Positions 19,832 through 29,273 of a stretch of 64,000 nucleotides of DNA are shown one piece after another. Below the pieces are notes generated by a model, which was not told the origin of the DNA, did not search any database, and worked only from the letters and a program-made list of their open reading frames with translations. The first letter of the stretch is position 1, and each line of letters begins with the position of its first letter. Both the position numbers and the translations under genes were made by a program. The stretch spans positions 672,001 through 736,000 of the forward strand of contig OZ253442.1 in NCBI GenBank assembly GCA_965261085.1, given 5' to 3'. This DNA comes from a bacterium (GTDB lineage: Bacteria; UBA8248).

Positions 19832-21067
19832 ATGAAATTCTATTATTCAGAAAAGGCAAGTGAGAATTCAAGCCGCTATTATGGCTGGGTGATAGTTGGC
19901 CTTACCTTTTTCACCATGGCTGTCGGTGGTTCCATCGTCGGAACGTTTCCCGTTTTTTATGTGGTTTTTCTCAATGAATTTGGGTGGTCTCGGGCGGACA
20001 CCGCCCTGGCGTTTTCTTTTTCAATGGCCACGTTTGCGATTTCCGCCGGCTTTATTGGGGCAATGGTGGACCGTTGGGGTCCGAGGGTGATCATCCCTAC
20101 GGGAATCACAATTCTAGGTGTCGGCCTTGCTTTGATGTCAAAGGTTTCCAGTTTACCCACCTTGTATTTTTTCTATGGAGGTGTCGTAGCACTAGGCGTT
20201 ACCATGTTTGGGTTTATTCCTACGAGCACTATCGTTAGCCAATGGTTTACGCAGCGCCGTTCTCTGGCGATGGGGATATCGTTATCGGGCAGGAGTTGTG
20301 GCGGCATCGTCATGGTTCCGTTTTCTGCTTATCTAATCGCGACTTTTGGATGGCGAGCAGCGTATGTTTTGCTGGCGGTTGGCATCATCGTCTTGTTGGT
20401 TCCCTTGAATGTATTTTTGCACCGTGGCCGTGTCGACATAACGGAGAGAAGAGCAGGAGGTGACCTCAGGTCGAACTGGACCTTGAGAGAAGCTCTGTCC
20501 GATTCGGTTTTTTGGCTATTGTTTTTGGCGGGGATATTTAATGGTGTTGGTTTCAGCGTGGTCGGTGTGCACCAGGCCGCGCACATGGTTGATGTAGGAA
20601 TGAGCACGATGAGAGCTGCCTCTCTGATAGGAGGTCTGGCTGTAGTCCGAGCCTTGGGAGGTATTTTGGGGGGTTGGGTGGGAGACAGGATTGGGCGAAC
20701 CCGAACTTTTTATCTGCTTAGCGTGGTTGCCATATCGGGCGTTTTTCTGTTGATGAATTTATCTGAAGAGCGTGCTTGGCTGGGATATGCTTATGTTTTG
20801 GTGTATGGCATCGGTGCTGGAGCCCGGGGCGCGATTTTCGTATCGCTCAAGGCGGATATTTTCGCAGGCAAAAGTTTTGGTCGAATCCTAGGCTTCAGTC
20901 AAATGGGAGGAGGATTGGCCTCAGCCGTCGGGCCTTGGATTGCGGGATATTTTTTTGATTTATGGAAAAGCTACTATTGGGCGTTTATTCTCGTGTTGGC
21001 TGTTCAAGTGTTATCGCTTATTGCAGTGGCTGCGGCGTCCTCGCAAGCAAAGAGAAGAACAGTATGA
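19832..21067 (+). CDS. MFS transporter (OFA/MCT-like)
   Basis: 12 TMs; GAMVDRWGPR and GWVGDRIGR motif A. Confidence 0.9.
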   Translation: MKFYYSEKASENSSRYYGWVIVGLTFFTMAVGGSIVGTFPVFYVVFLNEFGWSRADTALAFSFSMATFAISAGFIGAMVDRWGPRVIIPTGITILGVGLALMSKVSSLPTLYFFYGGVVALGVTMFGFIPTSTIVSQWFTQRRSLAMGISLSGRSCGGIVMVPFSAYLIATFGWRAAYVLLAVGIIVLLVPLNVFLHRGRVDITERRAGGDLRSNWTLREALSDSVFWLLFLAGIFNGVGFSVVGVHQAAHMVDVGMSTMRAASLIGGLAVVRALGGILGGWVGDRIGRTRTFYLLSVVAISGVFLLMNLSEERAWLGYAYVLVYGIGAGARGAIFVSLKADIFAGKSFGRILGFSQMGGGLASAVGPWIAGYFFDLWKSYYWAFILVLAVQVLSLIAVAAASSQAKRRTV

Positions 21068-21215
21068 TTTTCATGGCAGTTTTCACGAAGCCGGCGCATC
21101 TCTATTAAGATTGTACGGAGGTGAATATACCTTTTCGCGGCGGCATTTTGGGAGGCACAGAAGATCAAAATCTACGGGGTAGCGTATGATATGGAAATCG
21201 ATCTTCAGTTTCTGC

Positions 21216-21788
21216 TTATGAAGCCGTTTTTTCTTTTTCTATAATCATCGATTCCATGAAGGAAATCATGTCTTCAGGCAATGTTTGTTCGATGTTCAGT
21301 GTACCGTGATAAAGAGTTGAATCGGCGAAATCGACATTGAAAAAATACTGGGAAAACAAACCCTGATCCCGGTCTGATCTCTTGATGGTTTCTTCTGCGG
21401 CTGTTCTCGTTACGCCTGATGATTCCATGAAATGACGGATCCGGGCCTCCAGGCTGCCGACGATTCGCAGATGAAGGGTATCGGGTCGATCCTTGAGGAG
21501 CACTTGACCTCCCCAGCCACCGATAACGACGTTCCCGTTATCCGCAGCTTCCTTCATGCTTTCAGATAAAACGCTTCGCAAGCTGTCTCGCCCGACACCA
21601 AAAGTACGTTCCAGGATTGTCGGAGCGCGGCCTTCTATTTTCTCTAAATCCAGGGTCAAACCTCGTTGCTTGCAAAGTTCGACGAGTTCGTCACGTCCCA
21701 GAAACGCATAATCCAATTCGTCCGCAAGCTTGTGTGCAATGAAAATTCCACCTGTCCCGTATTGACGTGAAATGGTGACGACGGCCAT
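21216..21788 (-). CDS. Cytidylate kinase-like family protein
   Basis: VVTISRQYGTGG N-terminal P-loop variant. Confidence 0.85.
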   Translation of the reverse strand: MAVVTISRQYGTGGIFIAHKLADELDYAFLGRDELVELCKQRGLTLDLEKIEGRAPTILERTFGVGRDSLRSVLSESMKEAADNGNVVIGGWGGQVLLKDRPDTLHLRIVGSLEARIRHFMESSGVTRTAAEETIKRSDRDQGLFSQYFFNVDFADSTLYHGTLNIEQTLPEDMISFMESMIIEKEKTAS

Positions 21789-22000
21789 GTGAAATCTCCT
21801 CTTCTATAATCTCTAATTTTAATAATACTTGTTTACTAATCATATCAAAAATAATCATGACGCACGACCTTGATAAAAAGCGTATTGTTTCATCTTGTTT
21901 GGCGGACAAGAGGTGAATCGTGTCTTTTACATGGGGTATTCTACGGCTGGATGTTTTGATAAACCTGTAGTGATGATCGCTGAACGGAGAGGTAGGTATT

Positions 22001-22567
22001 GTGACGATTCCACCCGACGAGCTTCTTGAGCGCCTTGGAGTGCATACTTCGTTTTATGCTGCGGATGAAAAAGGAATTTTCGCCGTCCTGAATGATCAGG
22101 AAAAAGGTCATTTTTTTGCAGTGGATCGCGCTAGCGGTAATTTCCGTTGGCGAGTAGAGAACACGGCGGGGTGGGTGATGGCACCTCCTCTCATCTGGGG
22201 GGATTTATATATCGTAGGTACGAGCAGCGCGGAAATGAGGAGAGAAGAACAAGGAGGTCCTTTTGCAACCGTAAAATGGAAGCGAGGAGGTTCTGTCTAT
22301 GTTTTCGGCGCAAACGATGGCACCGTTCAGTTTTGGGATGACAAATCAGGAGTGGTGAGAAATACTCCTAAAGAAGAGGATGGCGTCTTGATCGTGGAAG
22401 GAGAAATTCGTGTGGGTGGTTTTCAGGATGAAGAGCCGTGGTCTTCATCGGCCGAAGTGGAAAGCCGCTTTTCATTGATAAACAAGCGTTTGATTGCCCG
22501 CCGTGTGCGAGGGGATGTTCCTCCCGGATATTTCGATGGAGAAGCGCCACCAACAGAGTGGGCGTGA
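22001..22567 (+). CDS. Hypothetical protein with PQQ-like beta-propeller repeats
   Basis: FFAVDRASGNFRW and VYVFGANDGTVQFW blade motifs. Confidence 0.55.
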   Translation: MTIPPDELLERLGVHTSFYAADEKGIFAVLNDQEKGHFFAVDRASGNFRWRVENTAGWVMAPPLIWGDLYIVGTSSAEMRREEQGGPFATVKWKRGGSVYVFGANDGTVQFWDDKSGVVRNTPKEEDGVLIVEGEIRVGGFQDEEPWSSSAEVESRFSLINKRLIARRVRGDVPPGYFDGEAPPTEWA

Positions 22568-22572
22568 GATTT

Positions 22573-23451
22573 TCACCTTTTTTTTCTTAATTCCTTCGCC
22601 ATTAGCAATGCGTTTTGCGGAACAAGGTTTGAGCGAAACCAATTGCGATATTCATCCATGTGAACGTTCGGAACCGCCTTTGCTGTGGTTCGATGTTTTT
22701 TCAAGGCAGCGGTGGTACGAGAGCGCAATTTTGTCATATAGCCCCTGAATTCATCCCATACCTTTGAGGCGGATTGAGTGGGAATGGGGCCATGGCCTGG
22801 GATGAGGAATTTGGCGGGAAATTTCTTCAGTTTTGGGATCGCATCTATCCAGTTGCCAAAGTTCCCGAGTCTTGCCACCGGGTGAGTCCGATAGTCGAGT
22901 AGATCGCCCGTAAATAGAATTCTCTCCTCCGGCATCCATACGACGGTGTCTCCTTTTGTGTGACAATGGCCAATGTGAACCATCTCGAATAGCCGCCCGC
23001 CGTAGCGGATGGAAATTTCGCCTTCGAATGTCACCATGGGTGGCGCGACATGAAGTTTGCCAATCAGGTGCTCCACTTTTTGTGGCCTGCCCGCCATTTG
23101 CTTCACCCAGATGCCCTCGTTCTCCTCTCGTTCCATCTCAAGGCGTACTTTGTCTTCACCGACGGAAACGGCCCCTCGTTTGTGGTAGTAACCATTGTCG
23201 GAGGTGTGGTCGAAATTGTGGTGGGTATTGAGCACCAAGCCGGGTGAATTTCGGATGATTTCTTTCATTCCGGACACAAAAGCTTTTCGCACCCGGATGT
23301 CGTTATCGACGATAACGGGTTTTTCGTCCGTAAGAACGAGGCCGAAATTCGTGCCACCGTCTCCTCCAATGAAAATATGCACACCATCTGCGATTTCGAT
23401 GAATCCTTGGGTTTTTGCCGGGCCTGGCAATGCCTTTACTCTGCGTGCCAT
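22573..23451 (-). CDS. MBL-fold metallo-hydrolase (cyclase-like)
   Basis: NTHHNFDH, HTKGD, LFTGDL, IPGHG. Confidence 0.88.
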   Translation of the reverse strand: MARRVKALPGPAKTQGFIEIADGVHIFIGGDGGTNFGLVLTDEKPVIVDNDIRVRKAFVSGMKEIIRNSPGLVLNTHHNFDHTSDNGYYHKRGAVSVGEDKVRLEMEREENEGIWVKQMAGRPQKVEHLIGKLHVAPPMVTFEGEISIRYGGRLFEMVHIGHCHTKGDTVVWMPEERILFTGDLLDYRTHPVARLGNFGNWIDAIPKLKKFPAKFLIPGHGPIPTQSASKVWDEFRGYMTKLRSRTTAALKKHRTTAKAVPNVHMDEYRNWFRSNLVPQNALLMAKELRKKR

Positions 23452-23573
23452 CGTTTTCTCCTTGCGGGGGTAGCCATGATGACGATATCGTTATGAGAAT
23501 CAATGAAAAGGTACCAAAGTACCTCTGAAGCAACAATATCGAGAATTAAAACTTCATTTATGAGACTCCTAAG

Positions 23574-24773
23574 ATGAATCCTTATTCTGCATTCATAGGA
23601 CTTGAGTGTTCAAAAACTGGAGAGCAATTCAAGCCCGGCGGTTTGATGAATTTAAGCCCCAGTGGTGCTCCCTTGCTGGCGCGATATGACACCGAAACCG
23701 CCGCGCGGACTTTGGACATCAACAAAATGACAGGTCGCGTTCATTCCATGTGGCGCTATCATGAAATGCTCCCGGCTCCTGATGAAAGCACTATCGTTAC
23801 GCTCGGAGAAGGCATGACTCCCTTGTTGGGGGTGTCTCGTCTTGGAAAGTCTCTGGGATTTTCAAATCTGTTTGTGAAAGATGAGGGCTTGAATCCGACG
23901 GGAAGTTTCAAGTCCAGGGGATTGTCCGTAGCAATCACGATGGCGCGGCATCTGGGAGCGAAAAAAATCGCCATCCCCACGGCTGGGAACGCAGGTGGTG
24001 CGGCGGCGGCTTACGCTTCGCGAGCGGGGATCGAGGCGTCTGTATTTGTCCCGGAAAAAGCGCCGAGTGTGCACAAAGTGGAATGTGTTCTGGCGGGAGC
24101 AGATGTGACCGTTGTTCGTGGCTATATACATCATTGCGCGGAAATCGTGGCGCAAAGAACACCAACGGAAGGCTGGTTCGAATTGTCCACATTCAAGGAG
24201 CCGTATCGAGCCGAGGGTAAAAAAACGATGGCTTATGAACTCGTCGAGCAACTCAGCGGCGATGTTCCCGATGTGATTCTCTATCCCACCGGTGGCGGGA
24301 CGGGATTGGTGGCAATGTGGCGCGCCTTTGGGGAACTTGAGGCATTGGGATGGATTGGCGAAAAAAGACCGCGCATGATTTGTGTTCAGGCCGCAGGCTG
24401 CGCCCCGCTCGTGCGGGCATATGAGAACAACGACGATGTCTCGTCCTTATGGGACAACCCTACGACAGTAGTATCGGGCTTGCGCGCGCCAAAGGTTCTG
24501 GCGGATTTTTTATGCCTTCAGGCTATCCGGGAAAGTGGAGGCACAGCAATCGCCGTTTCCGATGAGGTGATGTTCGAAGCGCAAAGAAAAGTGGGTGCTT
24601 CTGAGGGGATTCTCATTTGCCCGGAGGGCGGGGCATGTATTGCGGCCTTGGAAGTTTTGCTTGAGCGAGGCGATATCGGGCGCGATGAACGCATCGTGAC
24701 GTTTAATACGGCCACGGGCCTTAAATATGCGGATATGATAGAAACGGAAGTCTCTGTTATTGACCACATTTAA
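23574..24773 (+). CDS. thrC: Threonine synthase
   Basis: VTLGEGMTPL, KDEGLNPTGSFKSRG (PLP lysine), EGKKTM, PTGGGTG. Confidence 0.88.
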   Translation: MNPYSAFIGLECSKTGEQFKPGGLMNLSPSGAPLLARYDTETAARTLDINKMTGRVHSMWRYHEMLPAPDESTIVTLGEGMTPLLGVSRLGKSLGFSNLFVKDEGLNPTGSFKSRGLSVAITMARHLGAKKIAIPTAGNAGGAAAAYASRAGIEASVFVPEKAPSVHKVECVLAGADVTVVRGYIHHCAEIVAQRTPTEGWFELSTFKEPYRAEGKKTMAYELVEQLSGDVPDVILYPTGGGTGLVAMWRAFGELEALGWIGEKRPRMICVQAAGCAPLVRAYENNDDVSSLWDNPTTVVSGLRAPKVLADFLCLQAIRESGGTAIAVSDEVMFEAQRKVGASEGILICPEGGACIAALEVLLERGDIGRDERIVTFNTATGLKYADMIETEVSVIDHI

Positions 24774-24791
24774 GCGTAGGATGAAAGGCCG

Positions 24792-25220
24792 ATGATTGAG
24801 ATAACAAGGCAGGAGGAATTCTCCGCGGCGCATCGGCTGTTTCGACCCGACTGGAGCGATGAGCAGAATGAGACCATGTATGGAAAATGCGCCAACCCGC
24901 ACTATCATGGGCATAATTATGTTTTTGAAGTAACCCTGCGAAGCCCTGTGAACCCTGAAACGGGGATGGCTTATAATCTTGCCGATTTGAAAGAGGTCAT
25001 GAGGCGGGAAGTCGTAGAAGCACTTGACCATAAGAATCTGAATGAAGACGCTGCGGGTTTCATGAAAAACAGAATTCCCACGGCGGAGAACATCGTGATT
25101 TCGATTTGGGAATGCTTGGCTGAATATATAGACGCAGAGATTCTGTTTCGCATTCGCTTGTATGAAAATGAGCGAAATTTCGTGGATTATTATGGAGAAA
25201 ATCCCGATGGCGTTCGGTGA
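24792..25220 (+). CDS. 6-pyruvoyl-tetrahydropterin synthase (PTPS-II type motif)
   Basis: FSAAHRL, C-x5-HGH (CANPHYHGHNY), LDHKNLN, PTAEN. Confidence 0.88.
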   Translation: MIEITRQEEFSAAHRLFRPDWSDEQNETMYGKCANPHYHGHNYVFEVTLRSPVNPETGMAYNLADLKEVMRREVVEALDHKNLNEDAAGFMKNRIPTAENIVISIWECLAEYIDAEILFRIRLYENERNFVDYYGENPDGVR

Positions 25221-25938
25221 GCCTAGAAATCTGGCGACAAGGCGAATTGTACTCACCGGGGCTTCTCGGGGGATAGGTCGTGTTAGCGCGCTTCGCCTTG
25301 TAAAGGCGGGAGCGAAGGTGCTCGCCGTTTCGAGGGATGCCGATGCCCTGGCGAGGTTGGCGTTTGATTCAAAAGGATGCGTCGGTCAGATTTATCCGCA
25401 CAGTTGCGACGTGACAAAAGCCGATGAAGTGGAAGGGCTCACCGAAATGGCCGGAAAAAGGCTAGAGGGTGTGGATGCGCTGATAAACAATGCGGGTTCA
25501 GGTGTTTTCAAGGATATTGAAAACCTCTCGGTGGATGAATTTAATGCTACGGTTTCGGTATGCCTTACCGCGCCTTTCATGTTGACGCAGGCGCTTTGTC
25601 CCATGCTCGAAGCAGCGGAAGGCGAGGTCATTAACATATCTTCGATTAGTGCTGTGTCGGGTTTTCCAGGAGCGTCAGCTTATTGCGCCGCGAAAGCCGG
25701 TCTTGAGGGGCTGTCCAGAGCATTGGTGGAGGAGTTGAGGCCAAAAGGAATACGCCTCACCATCCTACGGCTCGGAGCATGCGCAACGGATATGTGGAAA
25801 TCCATTCCAGGGGAGTTCGACTTTGAGGCGATGATCCCTCCGGACCTGGTGGCGGAATCCATAGAGTTTTTGCTGTCTCAGTCCCGCAGGGCTTGGACGG
25901 AATCGATGGTGGTTCTTCCCCCGAAAGGCATGGTCTAG
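25207..25938 (+). CDS. Short-chain dehydrogenase/reductase (possibly sepiapterin reductase-like)
   Basis: TGASRGIG, NNAG, YCAAK; overlaps the PTPS stop codon. Confidence 0.85.
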   Translation: MAFGEPRNLATRRIVLTGASRGIGRVSALRLVKAGAKVLAVSRDADALARLAFDSKGCVGQIYPHSCDVTKADEVEGLTEMAGKRLEGVDALINNAGSGVFKDIENLSVDEFNATVSVCLTAPFMLTQALCPMLEAAEGEVINISSISAVSGFPGASAYCAAKAGLEGLSRALVEELRPKGIRLTILRLGACATDMWKSIPGEFDFEAMIPPDLVAESIEFLLSQSRRAWTESMVVLPPKGMV

Positions 25939-26161
25939 TTTCTCCCCTTGTTGTCCTGAGAATCTGCCCATCCGGCGCTGGTCATCATCTACAAGATATA
26001 GCGCTAGAAGTGCTGAAGGCGCTTGTTGAACAGGGTGAAAAAAGGTAATAAATATGGCCCTTGGCGGATGAAGTTTCGTACAGTTCCCATCGCCGTGAAA
26101 AACGTTTCGCGAGTGCGTTGTCTCGAAAATATTATTTCACCATTTCTTCAGGAGGTGGGTT

Positions 26162-26461
26162 TTGAGCGTTGTTCGATATGAAAATTTGGATGTCGAATAT
26201 GAGACGGAGATTGGAGATTCCATTCTTGATGCGGATTTGGATAATGGTGTTGATCATACCTGCGATTGTGGCGGCAATTGCGCCTGCTCTACTTGTAAGG
26301 TGGTCGTGATTTCTGGAGCCGAGTTCCTCTCATCACAGCAGGAAGACGAAAAAGATACGTTGGATGCCTATGGGTGGAATCCAGCTGAATATCGGCTGGC
26401 TTGTCAATGTATCGTCGAAAGGGAGGGCCGAATCGTTTTGAACATGCCCGAACCTGAATAA
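26162..26461 (+). CDS. 2Fe-2S ferredoxin
   Basis: CGGNCACSTC ... RLACQ. Confidence 0.92.
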   Translation: MSVVRYENLDVEYETEIGDSILDADLDNGVDHTCDCGGNCACSTCKVVVISGAEFLSSQQEDEKDTLDAYGWNPAEYRLACQCIVEREGRIVLNMPEPE

Positions 26462-26464
26462 AAT

Positions 26465-27115
26465 TCAGGGCGCGTGTTCACCGACTTTGTTCCAGGCGCG
26501 AACCACCGAATCGAAATCAACCATGCCTTCTCGCAAGAGTTTTGGTTTCTCCCCTCTCGCGTCCACTACGGTGGAGGGCTGGGTATTTTCTGTTTTCCCG
26601 CCGTCTAAGACCAGCGCCACCTTATTTTGAAATTGAGATAAAATCGCTTGAGCGCTTTGGAGTGGAGGCTCCCCGGATAGGTTCGCGCTCGTCGCCACGA
26701 ATGGGCCGATGTGCGTGGCCAGGATACGGCAAAGCGCTTGAGCAGGCATGCGAAAGGCGACGGTTGAACCGTCTTCGGCGAGTTGGGGAGACAGATGGGA
26801 AGATGCCGATAGAACCAAAGTCAGACCCGAAGGCCATAAAGAATCCATCAAGCTCTCTGCGTGTGGAGAGATGTCGTCGGCGAGCCCTTTTAACTGGGAG
26901 CGACATCCAATGAGGACGGGTGCGCCTTTCTCGTCTTTTCTTCCCTTTATTTCGTAGAGTTTCCCAATGGCTTCTTGGTCGAAGGCGAGTGCGCATAAAC
27001 CGTAAATCGTATCCGTGGGCAAGGCGATAATGTTTCCGGAAACCAATTCTTCACCTGCCTGTCGAATGACTTCTTCTTCTGGTGAGTCAGGATTCACCGG
27101 GAGGATTCTGCTCAC
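26465..27115 (-). CDS. tsaC: L-threonylcarbamoyladenylate synthase (TsaC/Sua5)
   Basis: PTDTIYGL, IKGR, ATSANLSG, PSTVVD. Confidence 0.92.
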   Translation of the reverse strand: MSRILPVNPDSPEEEVIRQAGEELVSGNIIALPTDTIYGLCALAFDQEAIGKLYEIKGRKDEKGAPVLIGCRSQLKGLADDISPHAESLMDSLWPSGLTLVLSASSHLSPQLAEDGSTVAFRMPAQALCRILATHIGPFVATSANLSGEPPLQSAQAILSQFQNKVALVLDGGKTENTQPSTVVDARGEKPKLLREGMVDFDSVVRAWNKVGEHAP

Positions 27116-27747
27116 TGCCTATTTTTCCGATACGTTCTTTGGGCACGACTTCGTTTGGGTCTTGGTTTTTGCCCGGAACTTTTTCTGGCGTCATCCTTGG
27201 GTTGAGCTGGACTGTCTTTTTGCGCTTGAGCAGGTGGAGGAGAAATTTCTTTCTGGAGCGCGGCATCCGCGGCCAGCACCTTCTCTGTTTGCTGTTGTGC
27301 GAAGTGACGGTATTCCTTCGCCAGCTTCGAGTCTGTCAATGCGAGTATCCGGGCGGCATGAAGGGCCGCGTTCCTGGCTCCGGGACCGCCGATTCCCATC
27401 GTCGCCACGGGAATACCGGGAGGCATTTGCACGGTCGAGAGAAGAGAATCGAGACCGCCGAGCGAGGAGCTGTTGATGGGAACGCCTATCACGGGCAAAT
27501 CGGTGGCGGCTCCGACGACGCCCGCTAAATGCGCCGACATGCCCGCGCCTGCGATCAGCACCCGGATTCCGCGCTCAGGCGCCGTTTTTACGTATTCATG
27601 AACGGCGGCGGGTGTGCGGTGGGCCGATAAGATTCTCATCTCGGAGGGAATGTTGAAGGTATCGAGCGCCTTGACGGCTTCTTCCATCACCGGTTTGTCC
27701 GATGCGCTTCCCATCAGGATTCCAACCAGGGGTGCTCTTGTGGCCAA
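27112..27747 (-). CDS. purE: N5-carboxyaminoimidazole ribonucleotide mutase with a basic C-terminal tail
   Basis: MGSASD, SAHRTP, AGAGMSAHLAG, VQMPPGIPVAT. Confidence 0.95.
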   Translation of the reverse strand: MATRAPLVGILMGSASDKPVMEEAVKALDTFNIPSEMRILSAHRTPAAVHEYVKTAPERGIRVLIAGAGMSAHLAGVVGAATDLPVIGVPINSSSLGGLDSLLSTVQMPPGIPVATMGIGGPGARNAALHAARILALTDSKLAKEYRHFAQQQTEKVLAADAALQKEISPPPAQAQKDSPAQPKDDARKSSGQKPRPKRSRAQRTYRKNRQ

Positions 27748-27762
27748 AAGGTTCTCCTCTTT

Positions 27763-28152
27763 TTATTGGGGGATAAACGCGAGTAGTTCGATTTCTAGTT
27801 TCGCGCCGGCGATGATTTTTGACGCCTGAAACGTTGTTCGCGCCGGGGGGTCTTCCGTCCCGAAGTATTCCTCGAAGACGGCGTTCATTTCCTGCAGATC
27901 CGCCAGATCTTCCATGAAAATGGTTACTTTTACGGCGTTTTTCAGCGACGTGCCGCCCGCCTCGCACACCGCCTTGAGATTCTCGATAATCTGTCGCGTC
28001 TGTTCGGCGGCCCCGCCTGGAACCAATTGCCCCGTTGCGGGGTCGAGGGGCAACTGACCCGAGCAGTGAAGCCATTCTCCCACCTGAATGGCCTGAGAGA
28101 GAGGAACCTTGCCCGATGCGGCCTTATCCGTATGAATGACTATTTTTTCCAT
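27763..28152 (-). CDS. RidA/YjgF family protein
   Basis: SQAI, SGQLPLDP, PPART, IEIE. Confidence 0.92.
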   Translation of the reverse strand: MEKIVIHTDKAASGKVPLSQAIQVGEWLHCSGQLPLDPATGQLVPGGAAEQTRQIIENLKAVCEAGGTSLKNAVKVTIFMEDLADLQEMNAVFEEYFGTEDPPARTTFQASKIIAGAKLEIELLAFIPQ

Positions 28153-28348
28153 GAAACCCTCCTGGCGCTGGAATGTAGCGCCCCATCAAAACACAAAACG
28201 AGGCCTGTGGGTATCTTTGGCGGCATCTTTCGAGGGCTACGGCATAACCAAATATCTATCAATTACTTATGCCGCCTCGCCCTGACTCATCGAGGCGCGG
28301 TGCGCCCGGAGTCGTCCCCAGGCGGCGCGGAATTTCGTTTCATTTATG

Positions 28349-28396
28349 TATCGAAAAACCTCGTGAATTTATCGAATAACGTCGTGAATTTATCGA
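28349..28396. repeat. 21-bp tandem repeat (about 2.3 copies)
   Basis: TATCGAAAAACCTCGTGAATT / TATCGAATAACGTCGTGAATT / TATCGA at 28349, 28370 and 28391. Confidence 0.8.
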
Positions 28397-28702
28397 TATT
28401 TACAGGAAATATAATTTTTTGGATTATTCTGGATTCCCGCGCTCTTCATGCGTTCTTTTGAGGAGCGCGCCCTCTGAATCTCCGCGCCCCTCATGCGTCC
28501 CCTGAAGAAACGCTCCCCGGAATCTAACCGAACCGGCCTGAACCCGTCACACCGCAAATACGGGGAAATGCGCGCCCGGCCCCGAGCGGGGTCAAACCCG
28601 ACCGAGAAGGTCAATCCCGAGCGATGAGTGAGGGATTGCGGCTTTCCGTCCGAGAATGTCAGCCCCGACTGAACAAGGAGGGGTTGCGCTTTGCCGATGT
28701 TG

Positions 28703-29122
28703 AAGGAGCGATTGTGGAGGGGTGGAAATGAATGCCTCCCGGAGGGTCAGGCATATATACCCGCTGCCTGTGTTCCGCCCTGTTCGATCCTTCCGTGGGT
28801 TTAAGCTGAAATATGGGGTCGGCAACCTGAAAGACGGGTGCTACAATGAATCATTTCGAGGGGAAAGGAGAGCGCCTTGGAAAGAAGCCTGTTCGATCCG
28901 GCGGAAGACGGCGAAAGCGGCGGCGGCGAAGCGCAAGACGCACGAGTCGATCCGGGCGCGCCCTTGGCCGAGCGCATGCGGCCGCAGACGCTCGATGAGG
29001 TGTTGGGCCAGGATCATTTAATCGGCCCGGGCCGCGTGCTCAGGCGCGCCGTGGAGGAAGATTTCTTTACGCCCGCTCATCTTCTGGGGGCCGCCCGGCA
29101 CGGGGAAAACGACGCTCGCCCG
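28703..29122 (+). repeat. Direct repeat copy 1 of the rarA upstream region plus 5' coding end
   Basis: Aligns by eye with 32955-33371, with scattered substitutions and small indels. Confidence 0.95.
28877..29122 (+). pseudogene. rarA: Truncated, frameshifted rarA 5' fragment
   Basis: MERSLFD...[20 protein letters not shown]; frameshift near 29065; homology stops just after the Walker A codons. Confidence 0.9.
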
Positions 29123-29240
29123 TTCCCTCGAAGGAGGCCGCATGCGCCTCCACCGCGAGCAGGGCCGTCGTCATGGCGGCGGCGAGAAGATGGCGCGCGG
29201 CCCAGACCGCTAGGGGTCCAGGCCGCGAAAACACCCTCAC
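29121..29240 (-). pseudogene. 5' stub of a secreted protein, truncated at the rarA-copy junction
   Basis: AGGAG RBS and GTG at 29240; [37 protein letters not shown] looks like a Sec signal peptide with AHA cleavage; directly downstream of the TbpB-like gene. Confidence 0.5.
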
Positions 29241-29273
29241 GGTTTCCCGCTCCTGCCCGTCGCGCAGCGCCTG

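Noticed and set aside
28240-28274. dif/Xer or attC site (CGGCATAA...TTATGCCG)
   Set aside because: The spacer is 19 bp rather than 6 for dif; too short for attC and lacks the GTT core.
28349-28396. Possible mini CRISPR array
   Set aside because: Units are directly adjacent with no unique spacers, and there are no cas genes in the window.
28703-28830. 6S RNA or SRP RNA upstream of rarA
   Set aside because: Lacks the SRP CAGG-GNRA-AGCA helix and the long 6S rod with central bubble. Kept only as an unknown element.
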